Shown: piece after piece, positions 26,857-38,161 of the stretch
How the letters are laid out: every line of letters begins with the position of its first letter
Numbering within the stretch: the first letter of the stretch is position 1
DNA from: Eledone cirrhosa
Lineage: Eukaryota
NCBI GenBank assembly: GCA_964016885.1
Contig: OZ024743.1
Coordinates: 294,686,001 to 294,750,000, forward strand
Direction of reading: 5' to 3'
Length of the DNA stretch: 64,000 nt
Made by a program: the position numbers and the translations under genes
The notes under the pieces: generated by a model
Database searches by the model: none
The model's input: only the letters and a program-made list of their open reading frames with translations
Told to the model about the DNA's origin: nothing

Positions 26857-27222
26857 TACTTTCACACCTGATTTCGCCAATTGCCGGATAACATCAAAAC
26901 AAAATACACAGACGCTCATACACACATACACGGACACACATACACATACACAAACACAAATATCTCTACTTTATATGTAAGTAAGTATGTATGTATGTAA
27001 GATCATTTCCCCTCTCTATAATTTAACTGCTTTACTCTCTCTGTCGTTCTTCACTCTCTATATAACAACAATGTTTTAGTTTCCGTATCTCCCTTCAATA
27101 TATACACACATAGAGAGAGAGAGAGAGTCGGAAGGACAATGTGACACGGGGTTGTGTGTGGTACCTTTGCAGTGGAGTGGTGGGGGCAGATATACCTAGC
27201 CGGGCCAGCTAGTATTTATATA

Positions 27223-27311
<89 letters not shown>

Positions 27312-27341
27312 TTGTGTGTATATATATATATATATATATAT

Positions 27342-27763
27342 AGTTAGGGAGCAGAAAATTGCTTTTTGTGATCCAGTTCGTGGTAAGAAAGCCAGTTTCA
27401 TGGATGCGTTCAACGTACGGTGAGGGGTAACTCCACAAGTTTGTAAGAATTCCGTTCAATCTTGGAGTATAAAGTATGAAAGAGAAAATACAGGTAAGCA
27501 TTAAGAGAATGATTTTATCCAGGTATTTACGACCGTTTCATTGGTAAGTGCAACCTTACATTGCTATACTGCAAATAGCAGCCTCTCAATTATAATTGTT
27601 GTTCACAGTCCAAATTTTCAAAATTTTGATAATTTGGACTGTGAACAACAATTATAATTGAGTGGCTGCTATTTGCAGTACAGCAATATAAGGTTGCACT
27701 TACCAATGAAACGGTCGTAAATACCTGGATAAAATCCTTCTCTTAATGCTTACCTGTATTTTC

Positions 27764-27770
<7 letters not shown>
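27342..27770 (-). mobile_element. Fold-back module (about 140-bp arms 27478-27769) plus tail between (TA)n tracts
   Basis: Inverted repeat centred ~27622; arms contain GAAAC-ggtc-GTA, resembling a hammerhead 3' half. Confidence 0.75.
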
Positions 27771-27829
<59 letters not shown>

Positions 27830-28333
27830 GAGTATATTATATATATATTTGTGTTCGAGTGTGAACGTGTATACGTGTATGTAAATATGGAGCTCTTAAC
27901 GAGAAAATGGATTTCAAATGCAAGAGAAGAGCTAAGAGTTATCAAATCGGTGGCAAATTTTCTGTTCCTTGCTAAAACCATTATCTTTCTTCTCTTCATT
28001 TATTAACACTGTCCACGCCACATCATGATTTCCTTTCAAGAGAAATCGTACTTATTTTAATCTATACATTTTAGCTAAGTTTTAAAGGAATAAGGTCCAT
28101 AGAGAAATGATTTTATGTCAGTTGCGAAGTTGGAGTAGGTGCTAATACGGTGCATACTGCATATGAATGTGGAAGTAATGTAATTAACAAAACCTCATTT
28201 ACATACTAGAATGGGATACATATTTGCATATTCAAGAAAGAAATTATTTTGATTATACACAAGTAAACTCAGGAGTACATACACACACATACACCACACA
28301 CTCACACACATATATATATACATATATATATAC

Positions 28334-28446
<113 letters not shown>

Positions 28447-30088
28447 TATATACACACACACACATATATATATATATATCAGGTGGTTAGATCTCTGCCT
28501 CTATGTAGGATGTAAGTGACGTGTATACATATAGATCGCTAGCAATGCCAATTACTAGCACATTGGGTTAAATGGATGAATAAATCTATGAGAAAATATC
28601 TGAAGAATTACTGCCATGAGTTATATTGTTCAATTCCTAAGCATGTGTGAACTATATAACCCTAGATGGGATGGACTGATTAGTATTCTTATAGAATAGT
28701 TTACAATTTGATACCTTTATATAGAAATGTGAAATATTTATTTTAATAAAGCTTTCTTTTCTATAGTTCCAAGCATGCTTCAAATGACGAGAATATCTAA
28801 TTATGCAGAAAATATTTAAAACAAAAGCAGGTCTCCTTGAGACATCTAAATGGTGTAAATCTCAGGATTGATGTGACTCATTGTAATAAAAGCAGAAGCC
28901 ACGTCTACACCGCAAATGGAAATTGGATAGAAGGAAATATGTATTTAGTTTCTAGAAACATGAACAAGTATGAAATCCCAAGATTCAGAATCACGGCCTC
29001 TTGATTAGGTTACAAATCCGTAAGTCTATCACGAGTTATATAACTAGAATTATATAACTATACAGTTTAAGCAATACACATACATAAACACCCCCCATAC
29101 ACACACAATATATGTATGTGTGTGTTTGTGTGTGTGTGGGTGTATGTGTGTGTATATATATATATATGTATATGTGTATATATATATATATATAAAACAT
29201 GTAACATAGTACAACCTGCCTCATGGTCGGGTCATCGGCATCTAAACCGGCAACCTCACCAAGCTTGCTTGGTGAGGAGGATGATATTTGGACAGCCTGC
29301 GGGATGAAATACAAGACCCAGCGAAGGGCGGAGGATCTCAGAAGAGTCAACGGCCATCCAAGTAGTACTTTCTTTCACCTGGGAGTGAAAGGCCCCCAGT
29401 TCTTGTCACAACACCTTTCTGAGAGAGGGAGACTCTGAAAAAAAACCCCAATAATGTTGACCAGTTCTCTTTTTCGGGTAGTGTTTTCGATGCTCAGAGA
29501 GTGGGATTGGTCGAGTGCAAGGCCTTTTCACCACTTACAAAACCTTAAAGCAGAGATATTGCTTGGTAAGGATATGTTTCAGGTCTGTGTGGCTGGCTGT
29601 AGCGTGATGGTGCACCATTTTCTGTAATTTGACAAGCGATTGCAATATTCTTTAGTCTTAGCAGAGTTTGCAGCCACCATATATATCAGAATAGACGAGT
29701 TATCGTTTAAGGTTATCTAAGGAGAGGTTACGAGTAGTCTGTACTGTGGAGGATTTTAATATGCGGCGTTGGTTGACTCAACAAGATTAGTCTCAACAAA
29801 ATTAGTTTGTACGAGTAGTCTGTATCATGGAGGATTTTAACGAGCGGCGTTGACTCAACTTAGATGTGTTGTTCGTAGGGCTGATTTCTGTCAGTTCCGA
29901 ATTTAGCAGTTCTTGGAGTATTAATACCGAATGAATGAAGATTAACACGGATAAGCTATACAATAGGGTTTTATTCTAAGTATTAACATATGTTTCATTG
30001 TTTCATTGCCTAGTATGTTTCATTGCCTAGTATGTAATCGATTGCGTCTTAAAATCGTTGTCAAGTGCTTTGATAATTTGCCTGGTAT

Positions 30089-30309
30089 ATGACCATGTCA
30101 CTTACTTCTTTTCGGTGAAAGAAGGGAGAGCAGCTGACAGTCTGTTTCACGCTGGTTGGCGTTCTACTGGAATTCTATAAGAATCCAGCTTCTATAATTT
30201 TAGGCGAAGGTAGGGGAGTACGTGGCTCTGATGAACGCCAACCAGCGTGAAACAGACTGTCAGCTGTTCTCCCTTCTTTCGCCGAAAAGAAGTAAGTGAC
30301 ATAGTCACT
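30089..30309 (+). mobile_element. Fold-back PLE terminal module
   Basis: Arms 30089-30165/30233-30309, spacer ~67 bp; (TA)n from 30393. Confidence 0.8.
30224..30265 (+). ncRNA. Minimal type I hammerhead ribozyme, canonical core
   Basis: ggct-CTGATGA-acgc(caacca)gcgt-GAAA-cagactg-TC-agct: GUC site; near-palindromic helix III ACAGaCTGT. Confidence 0.85.
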
Positions 30310-30389
30310 ACTTTAACACAGATAGCGCATGGTCTTCTAAATTTTTTTAATTAATCATACGGTATATTGCCAAATATACTATACATACA

Positions 30390-30454
<65 letters not shown>

Positions 30455-30924
30455 GGGGCGGGGGTGCTTGTGTATATGCACAAAGTCTACCTCTCAACAT
30501 TTGTTTTGTTATATATTATCATATATTAATTTAGTTGTCTTTGATACTATGAGCCGTGTGTGTAATATTGTAATACTACCACTATCGGTAGCCTTGTAGT
30601 TTACAAATCACAAGACTTTACTGAACTTCTGACAACACAAATATCTTTCATCAGATGCGCGTTTTTTTTTTGTGTGTGTATGTGTGTATGTGTGTGTGCG
30701 TGTGTCCGTGTGTGTGTGTGTAGAAATCGTATGAATTATGGAAGTGCAAGAGTCTCAAACGCAAGAAAATATCCTGAATAGAATTATATCATTATACACA
30801 ACTAGCAGAAAAACCGACCTTCAGGCGGTTTTCTGCTAGCATATATAGTGTGCATATTGGTGTTATAGGCAAATATATATGCATATAGCTATATGTAAAT
30901 TAAAAAGTAAATTGACAATATCTT

Positions 30925-31518
30925 CTTCACCCACTTATTTCTGAGAGGGTCGAGGGAGCAGAGTCCTTCTCAAACACTCCTTCCAGCGAGTCTGTCAGTA
31001 ACAAATATCTCTAACTGATCTCTAATGTTATCCAACTCTCTTGTTCAAGGTCTCTTGCCAGTTGGTTTTGCCTGTAAAATGTGTGCAGCGATTCTTTACT
31101 GAGACATTTAACCACATGCTCGTAATGTCGCAGTTGTCATCTCTCAATTCGGAGAAGTAGCGGCTCTACCAGGAGTGACTCTCTGGTCTCTGAGTTATGC
31201 TCTTTATCGAGTAACGTTACTCTAAAGACCCTTCGGAGGAATCCCATTTCTGCCACTTTTATTTGAAATTGTATTCTTTTGGTCATTACTCAAGATTCCT
31301 GATCCTCGGTAAGAGTAGGCAAAAATACCAGGAAGACAGCGAGTTTGGCTTTACCCCCCCCCCCCTTCATATGATTGCTGAGTGCTGAGGCTGGCGCATT
31401 ACTGCATCAGCTTTTGCAATTCTTGTACTTAATTCAGCCTCCTGCATTCCATCACTCACGAACACGGCTCCAAGATACTTGAACTTCTCTAACTACTTCA
31501 GTAGAACTCCATTCACTT
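30925..31518 (-). mobile_element. RTE-clade LINE 3' fragment, decayed
   Basis: Manual translation LEKFKYLGAVFVSDGMQEAELSTRIAKADAVMR...VAEMGFLRRVFRVTLLDK...EPLLLRIER. Confidence 0.8.
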
Positions 31519-31734
31519 GTATATAAATTTGAGGGACTTCTGTCCACCCGTCCGTCACAAAATGTGTGTGTGTGTGTGTGTTTGTGTGAATGTATGTGTG
31601 TGTAAAAGGAAGAAAAGGGATACACACATATATATGTCTAACTTAAAAACAGTGATACACACACACGTGTCTCTAATTTTAGAACGCCGACAAACTCACG
31701 CGCGCGCACTTACACTCACTGTCCTATTACCACT

Positions 31735-32150
31735 TAAGAGCTTTGGCCCGGGAAAATATCCCCTCAATTTCGGAACCATCTGGGTTGTCCTGAATTGATC
31801 GGAAAGACCTAACGGTCTTACACTGTGCTCCTGGTCAAGAGGCAGGTGCCTTACCTGGGACGTCACAGTTAGTGACTCTTTTGCTTCTTCCCACATTCTG
31901 GATGCAGCTGAACGGGAAAAATCCTAAAATACCGTGATCAGTCAGCTAACTACATTATCCTGCCTGTGGTGTTCGAGACGTTTGGGGGAGTCGGACCACT
32001 GAGAGCAAGATTCTTATCTTCACTGGTGGCTCGAAAAACAGAGGTAACTGGTGATGCTCGTGAGAGCACTTGGTTGTTCCAGCACCTCAGCGTTGCCATC
32101 ACCCCAGATAAAGCTGTGAGCGTGCTGGCCTGCCTCAAAAATTATTAGAG
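31735..32150 (+). mobile_element. CRE-clade non-LTR 3' fragment (RLE domain), decayed
   Basis: EPSGL..DRKRPNGLTL..WSRGRCLTWDVTVSDS..AAEREK..KY...PVVFETFGGVG...WLFQHLSVAI. Confidence 0.75.
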
Positions 32151-32321
32151 AGGTTTCCCAGTGCTCCTCGCTATATTGCTATCTTTTTGCTTTGATAGCG
32201 GCTCGTTTTTTCATTCTTTCGTCTGCATTTTGTTCTATGTGGTCTAAGATGTGTGTAGTACGTGCTTGTGTATTTTTTCTCTTTCTTTTTTCCTTTTCCT
32301 TTCCTTTGTATATATTATATT

Positions 32322-32500
32322 GAATTGGCAGTATCTGTAGAAGGCCGGACGCCATGCTTTCCAGTATAGTTACGTCCCTTTACGGCCTGAGTTCAAATCC
32401 CGCCGAGGTTAATTTGCTTTTCATCCTTACGGGTTCGATAAAATAAAGTACCAGTAATACACTGGGATAATTTGGCCCTTGTGCAAAAAGTAGAAACAAT
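32322..32500 (+). mobile_element. tRNA-derived SINE copy
   Basis: Family match; attatatt on both flanks. Confidence 0.9.
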
Positions 32501-32634
32501 TATATTTGTTAGTGTTTTTGTTGTGTAACCATTATATTAAATGAGTTTAAAAAATAGAGTTAATAAATAAATAAAACGTTATACTTGTTTTACCATGCCA
32601 TCTCCAATTAAACCGAAGGCTATCATGACTGTAT

Positions 32635-32775
32635 GTGTGTGTTTGATGTATATTTGTAGGAAAGTATGTGTGATTGTATGTATATTTGTAGGAAAGTATG
32701 TGTGAATGTATATATGTTTGTGTGAAAGTATGTGTGAATGTATGTATATGTGTGTGAAAGTATGTGTATTTGTGT
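32635..32775. repeat. ~30-bp degenerate minisatellite (gtatatttgtaggaaagtatgtgtga..)
   Basis: About four visible units. Confidence 0.8.
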
Positions 32776-34002
32776 CAATTATGTCCGTGAGAGTGTATTT
32801 TTATAAGTTTGTGTTTGCGCGATTATAGTTATATACTCTTAATAGTTATATACTCATACATATAGATGTATGTATGTGCACAATCATACGCGTCAGCGTG
32901 TAGAAAGTCATAATGTCTCTTTCTATATATATGGTAGTTGAAGTAGTGGTGGTGACGACGATATACCGGAAGTGCAACTTTGAAAATAAGTCAAATTGAA
33001 ATTATTTATTTTTACGAAATTGTTTTTGTTTACGAAATTGAGTAGATAAATTATGTAATATTCATTCATTATTTATTCAAAGTAATCCAACTTATTTTAC
33101 AAACGGGATAAAAAAAATAAACCGTACGCAATCCCACAGACCTTTCTTTATTATAGTTTAGATATTTGACACTGCGGAAAGTGGGCGTCATTGCTCACTT
33201 ATTTCTGTCGCTAAGCGTAATTTATGTAATCTTTTCAACTATTATATATATACAGATATACTGCTATTACACAACACACAGACACACACATACACACACA
33301 TACAAACACACACACATACACACACATATACATATATGTATGTATCGATGAAAAAAAAAATGTTTGTCTCCGAGCGAGACGAAGCGACAATGTATTTCAA
33401 CATAGTCCCTGGCAGTAGGGACTATCTTGATTTGAAATTGATGCATACAAGCGTTCAGTGCTATAGCAATCGCCCCTTCACAGTTACCTATGAACTTTTC
33501 AGTCCACCCTCATAAGTTACTAGCAGTACTGCAGTAATAAAATAAAATGGAAGCGTTACAAAACTAAAGACATATTTAGTGTGTTGAATTCTGCATTTCC
33601 TTTCTTCGTTATGTTGCAAAGGACAAGCAAATAAATTACTCCGACGGAAGTAGTTGACGAACATTCTAATTGCTAAGTGTAGTCAGTAATGAATGACATT
33701 GAAGTGTAGTAGAATCATCATCATCATCATCATCATCAGAAGAAGAAGAAGAAGAAGAAGAAGAAGACAAATGAATGTTAGTAATGTTGTCTATTAACTT
33801 TACTAAGAAACAGGTAAATGGAGAAGAGAGAAACAGGTGAGCAACATAAATTATTATATATAATAAAAATATAAATATATTGGGAATAGGTTAAATATGT
33901 TTCTTAAGATTTCTGATTTCAACATTGTAAATGATGTGAAAATTAAGACTCGATTTCTAAACGATTTTGTTTTGAATAAATCGTTATTATTGTTATCATT
34001 AG

Positions 34003-34186
34003 GGCAGTGGATTGGCAGTATCAGTAGAGAGTCAGACGCCATTCTTTCCAGCATAGTTACGTCCCTTTACGGTCTGAGTTCAAATCCCGCCGAGGTTAAC
34101 TTTGCCTTTCATCCTTACGGGGTCGATAAAATAAAGTACCAGTAATGTACTGGGTAATTGCTGGCCTTGTGCCAAAAGTAGAAACA
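34003..34186 (+). mobile_element. tRNA-derived SINE with 17-bp TSD ATTATTGTTATCATTAG
   Basis: TSD at 33986-34002 and 34187-34203. Confidence 0.93.
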
Positions 34187-34611
34187 ATTATTGTTATCAT
34201 TAGTATTAATTGAAGGAGAAACAAGACCCAGTAAGAAGCACATTTTTTTAGCTTACTATTTCTGTAGCATCATCAATTATACAACCAGTTCTATTTCCAA
34301 GGAGGTCTGAAAAATATGCTTCCCCCTCCGTTACTGAAGGTGTCTATGTCGAAGGCTATAAACACAATCTCTCTCTGATGTGAAGAATGATGAAACATCT
34401 ATCGTTTGCGAGTACCATACAATTCTTTGATATTGACAACGACGGCATGGAGATTGAGGAAAGCTGGCATTTGCTGTAACAAGAGTGGGAAAAATAAAGA
34501 ATAGGAAAACACATAGACCAAAAGCCTGCTCTGTCGGAAGCAATACCTTTATACAGCTAATTCTTCAAAATACATGTTCGTCTGAACCAACAAATATTCA
34601 TTATTTCATGG

Positions 34612-35113
34612 AATTCAAATCCCGTCGAGGTTTACTTTGCCTTTCATCCTTACGGGGTCGATAAAATAAAGTACCAGTAATGTACTGGTTAATTGCTGGC
34701 CTTGTGCCAAAAGTAGATACAATTATTTCATGGTGGATTGGCAGTATCGGTAAAGAGATGGACACCATGCTTTGAAGCATAGAGTTACATCCCTTTATGA
34801 TTTGAGTTCAAATCCTGCCGAGGTTAACTTTGCCTTTCATCCTTACGGAGTCGATAAAATAAAGTACCAGTAGTACACTGGGTATTTGCTGTCCTTGTCC
34901 CAAAAGTAGAAACAATTATTTCACGGTGGATTGGCAGTATCGGTAGAGGGTCGTACGCCATGCTTTGCAGCATAGATTTATATCCCTTTGCGGTCTGAGT
35001 TCAAATCCTACCGAGGTTAACTTTGCCATTCACCCTTACGGGGTCGATAAAACAAAGTACCAGTGATGCACTGGGATAATTGCTGGCCTTGTTTCGAAAA
35101 TATAAACAATTAT
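34612..35113 (+). mobile_element. Three tandem SINE copies (first is 5'-truncated)
   Basis: Units ~34612-34720, 34733-34914, 34926-35108, separated by attatttca(t/c)gg. Confidence 0.9.
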
Positions 35114-35559
35114 TTCACAATATGTATGACATGGAGGAAGAAAACATATGCAATATGCGAATACAATCGCAAATAAATGGTTTCTACTGAGGGTTCTCAA
35201 TTTTAACAAGGAAAGGATTATAAGGAGAGATAAAGTAATTTTGTACAGAGATTAACTTTTGATAAACTACACGAAGAAATGCTTTCTGGGGATTCTGATA
35301 ATGTGTGATGTTCTGACTTGACTTAATTACTTGGTTTCCTCTTGTCTGGAGGTATGTAATTCTAAAAGCTTTTATGTTTTGTGTCATATCTTACAGTATT
35401 TGAAGTGTTTTATAATATATTACGTTTCCTCACATTAACCTATCAAATATATATGTTGCATAAAGCCCATGGCCATACTCTCATTTTTACATAACATCGA
35501 CCAGCGTCACACGAATTGTAACCCCTATGTATATAATGCTTACTGTCAAAGCTCTTGAG

Positions 35560-35680
35560 ACTGAGAAAAATATCACTATTATCATTGATGTTGTTGTTTC
35601 TGTTATTATTACTGTTGTTGTTGTTGCTGTTGTTGTTGTTGTTGTTGCTGCTGCTGCTCCTATTGTTGTTGTTGTCAGTT
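35560..35680. repeat. (TTG)n/(CTG)n trinucleotide tract
   Basis: Directly visible. Confidence 0.9.
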
Positions 35681-36908
35681 ATGTGTATATATCTCGTTGA
35701 TATATTTTGCATTGAAATTTATTTATTTCGATGTGTTATGTCACCCAATGTCTTCCTTTCAGAATTAATACTGTTTGTTTATATTTATCGAACATATTTA
35801 ATGAGAATATAATTCAATTCTGCCATGATACATCATTACTCGTCAAACAACTGTAACAAAATTCTGACATAGGCACCCACACAATCCGCCCCATTTCTTT
35901 GGACAGGGGTACAATCGTATGAATCTATCCCATTATCGACTAGCACTTATATTGTCGAGCCTTGAAAAGAGGGAAAAAATTAGGCCTCTCGCAATATTTC
36001 AAATCCTGAATATAAAGATTCGAAAATTAGACACTACAAGGCATTTTGCCCAGCTCTTAATCATTTGTGATAAACGCTGCCAACATTCAGATATTCTTAC
36101 AATACAAATGTCTTTGCCAATATAAATACATTGAATCCGACTTCCACGAAACAGATAACAAAGAAGAATCGGTAGAGCTACTGGAATCAATGATGGTAGT
36201 ATCTAGTTTGTCTCCATAGTTTAGAAGGCATCGAGCTCGACGTTAACTTTTGTCCATTTGGGGGTTAATAACGTAGGCTGTAGTTAATTATTGAACCCAA
36301 TATAATTGATTGTACTAACACTTACACAAAACAGAAATATAATATCACACAGTAGAATCATTCCAAGAGAGCTTACAGAATCGGTAAAGGCGTACTTAAT
36401 TATGTCAAATTAAATTATAAATGGGAATCCGATTCGCATCAACTATGCATTTTAACATTCCAGGGGTGTTAATAAATACCAGGGAATTCTTAAAGTCAGT
36501 TTAAACGACTTTTCTCCTCATGCAAAACATTTGTATCTTCTAACGAATTAGCATTTCCTTCTTTCAGGATTTGTTAATTTAATCGAATCTGACAGAAAAA
36601 AGTTGCCATTCTGTGTCAATGATGTAGATCAATAATATGAATACAAAAGAAGTGAGAATGTCATAGAAAAATGCTAAGCTTGTAAGCGATGGATTTACAA
36701 ATCCCGGTGGAATTCATTTCACTTCACTTTCAAAAGTAATGATGTTGAGAGAAAGAAACTTCACTTTGTTCATATTTTCACATAGCCTAGAAGAAATAAA
36801 TAACTTAATACTATAAGATGACAGGCCGTCACCGGAAATGAGCAGTCGTGCGATCAAATGTTTTAAAGTCATGACAATATCAATTTAGATTAAGATATTA
36901 TACATAAA

Positions 36909-37516
36909 CAGTAAAATTCCGTTATAACGAAATTCATGGGGTATTAAAAAATTCTTTGTAACGAAAAAATCGTTATAACGAGATCAACCAAATAAAACAA
37001 GTGTTTGTTTGTTATTACTTCGTATTTAAAAATTAAACAATAAATGTATCATGCAATAAAATATAAATATACACAGTGTACCCTCAGCATTCGTAGTCGC
37101 GGTTAGTCTTGGAATTTTCTTTAGAACCAAACTAATAATTGTTCGTGGAAACTACCATATGTTCGCGGAATCGTAAATAACTTCCGCGATTTTTTTTGGG
37201 GGGTGGGGGGCTTTTTTCGTGGCAATATATATTTGTTCACTCTTTTGACGCTAAATTATTAATAGAAATAATACCGTTTTTGCCGGCCTATATTTTACAT
37301 TACGTTTTGACGTCTATAGGTATATGGACCACCTCAAACATTGATAGTTTTTCACTCTTCACGGGTGCTCTAGAAACGTAGCTCCCGCGAATACCCGGAG
37401 ACAAATGTATTTCAAATATGTTCAAATATTTTTACATCGTTTGTCCTATAAAATTGCATAAAGAAACCACGACAGCTTAAAACAATTTTTTAGATATGTA
37501 TTTTATGTTATAATAA

Positions 37517-37551
<35 letters not shown>

Positions 37552-37782
37552 CGTGTGTTTCAGATATGTTCTTTTGAATAACTTACGAATAGGCTTCGTA
37601 GCCGGTAAACCCAACCCTAAAGGGGTGCATCTCCAGCGGGTATCATGCGATGAGTGTCGAAATTAATTTGTTTTGTTTTTTTTTCGTTGTAGTGAGAAAT
37701 TTTGGCTGTTTGGAGTGCAATTTTCGTTCGTTATACTGAAAAATTCGTTATAATGGTATTCGTTTTAACGGAATTTTACATG
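36909..37782. mobile_element. pogo/Tigger-like MITE, possibly with a nested second MITE at ~37073-37408
   Basis: TIRs cagtaaaattccgttataacga / tcgttttaacggaattttacatg; subterminal cgttata repeats; no ORF. Confidence 0.65.
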
Positions 37783-38161
37783 TATTTATATATATATTTG
37801 CGCGTGTGTATGAGTGTTTGTGTGTATCAGTGTGTGTGTGTGTGTTTGGGCATGTGCGTGTTTCTACATATATTTATAGCAATGCACGAAATATATATAT
37901 ATAATAATAATAATAATGTTTTCTTTATTAACCACAAGGGTTTACATAAAGTAGACATTACGGACAGTATAGGACAATACAGTACGGTACAAATGGGCAT
38001 TTCTGCGTGTAAAAAGAACAGAGGATGTAATAAAATACCAAAGCAAAATTCCCCAATAGGGGGGAGATTTCCGAGGGACATTTGTGAAGAAACCCCATTA
38101 AAAGACCACAGTGACCCTGACCACCAGGGCAAGTGCCCTCTCCCAGTTTTCCACCTTTAAT

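Noticed and set aside
26420-27125. ~35-bp direct repeat gtatctccccttcaatatatacac at 26421 and 27085 as LTR or TSD
   Set aside because: Embedded in low-complexity sequence with no element features between.
29210-29600. GC-richer island, possibly a LINE 5' UTR or an exon
   Set aside because: No recognisable motifs, second copy or convincing splice and frame support.
34612-35113. Regularly spaced repeats resembling a CRISPR array or tRNA cluster
   Set aside because: Whole ~185-bp SINE units without unique spacers, no full cloverleaf, and a eukaryotic context.
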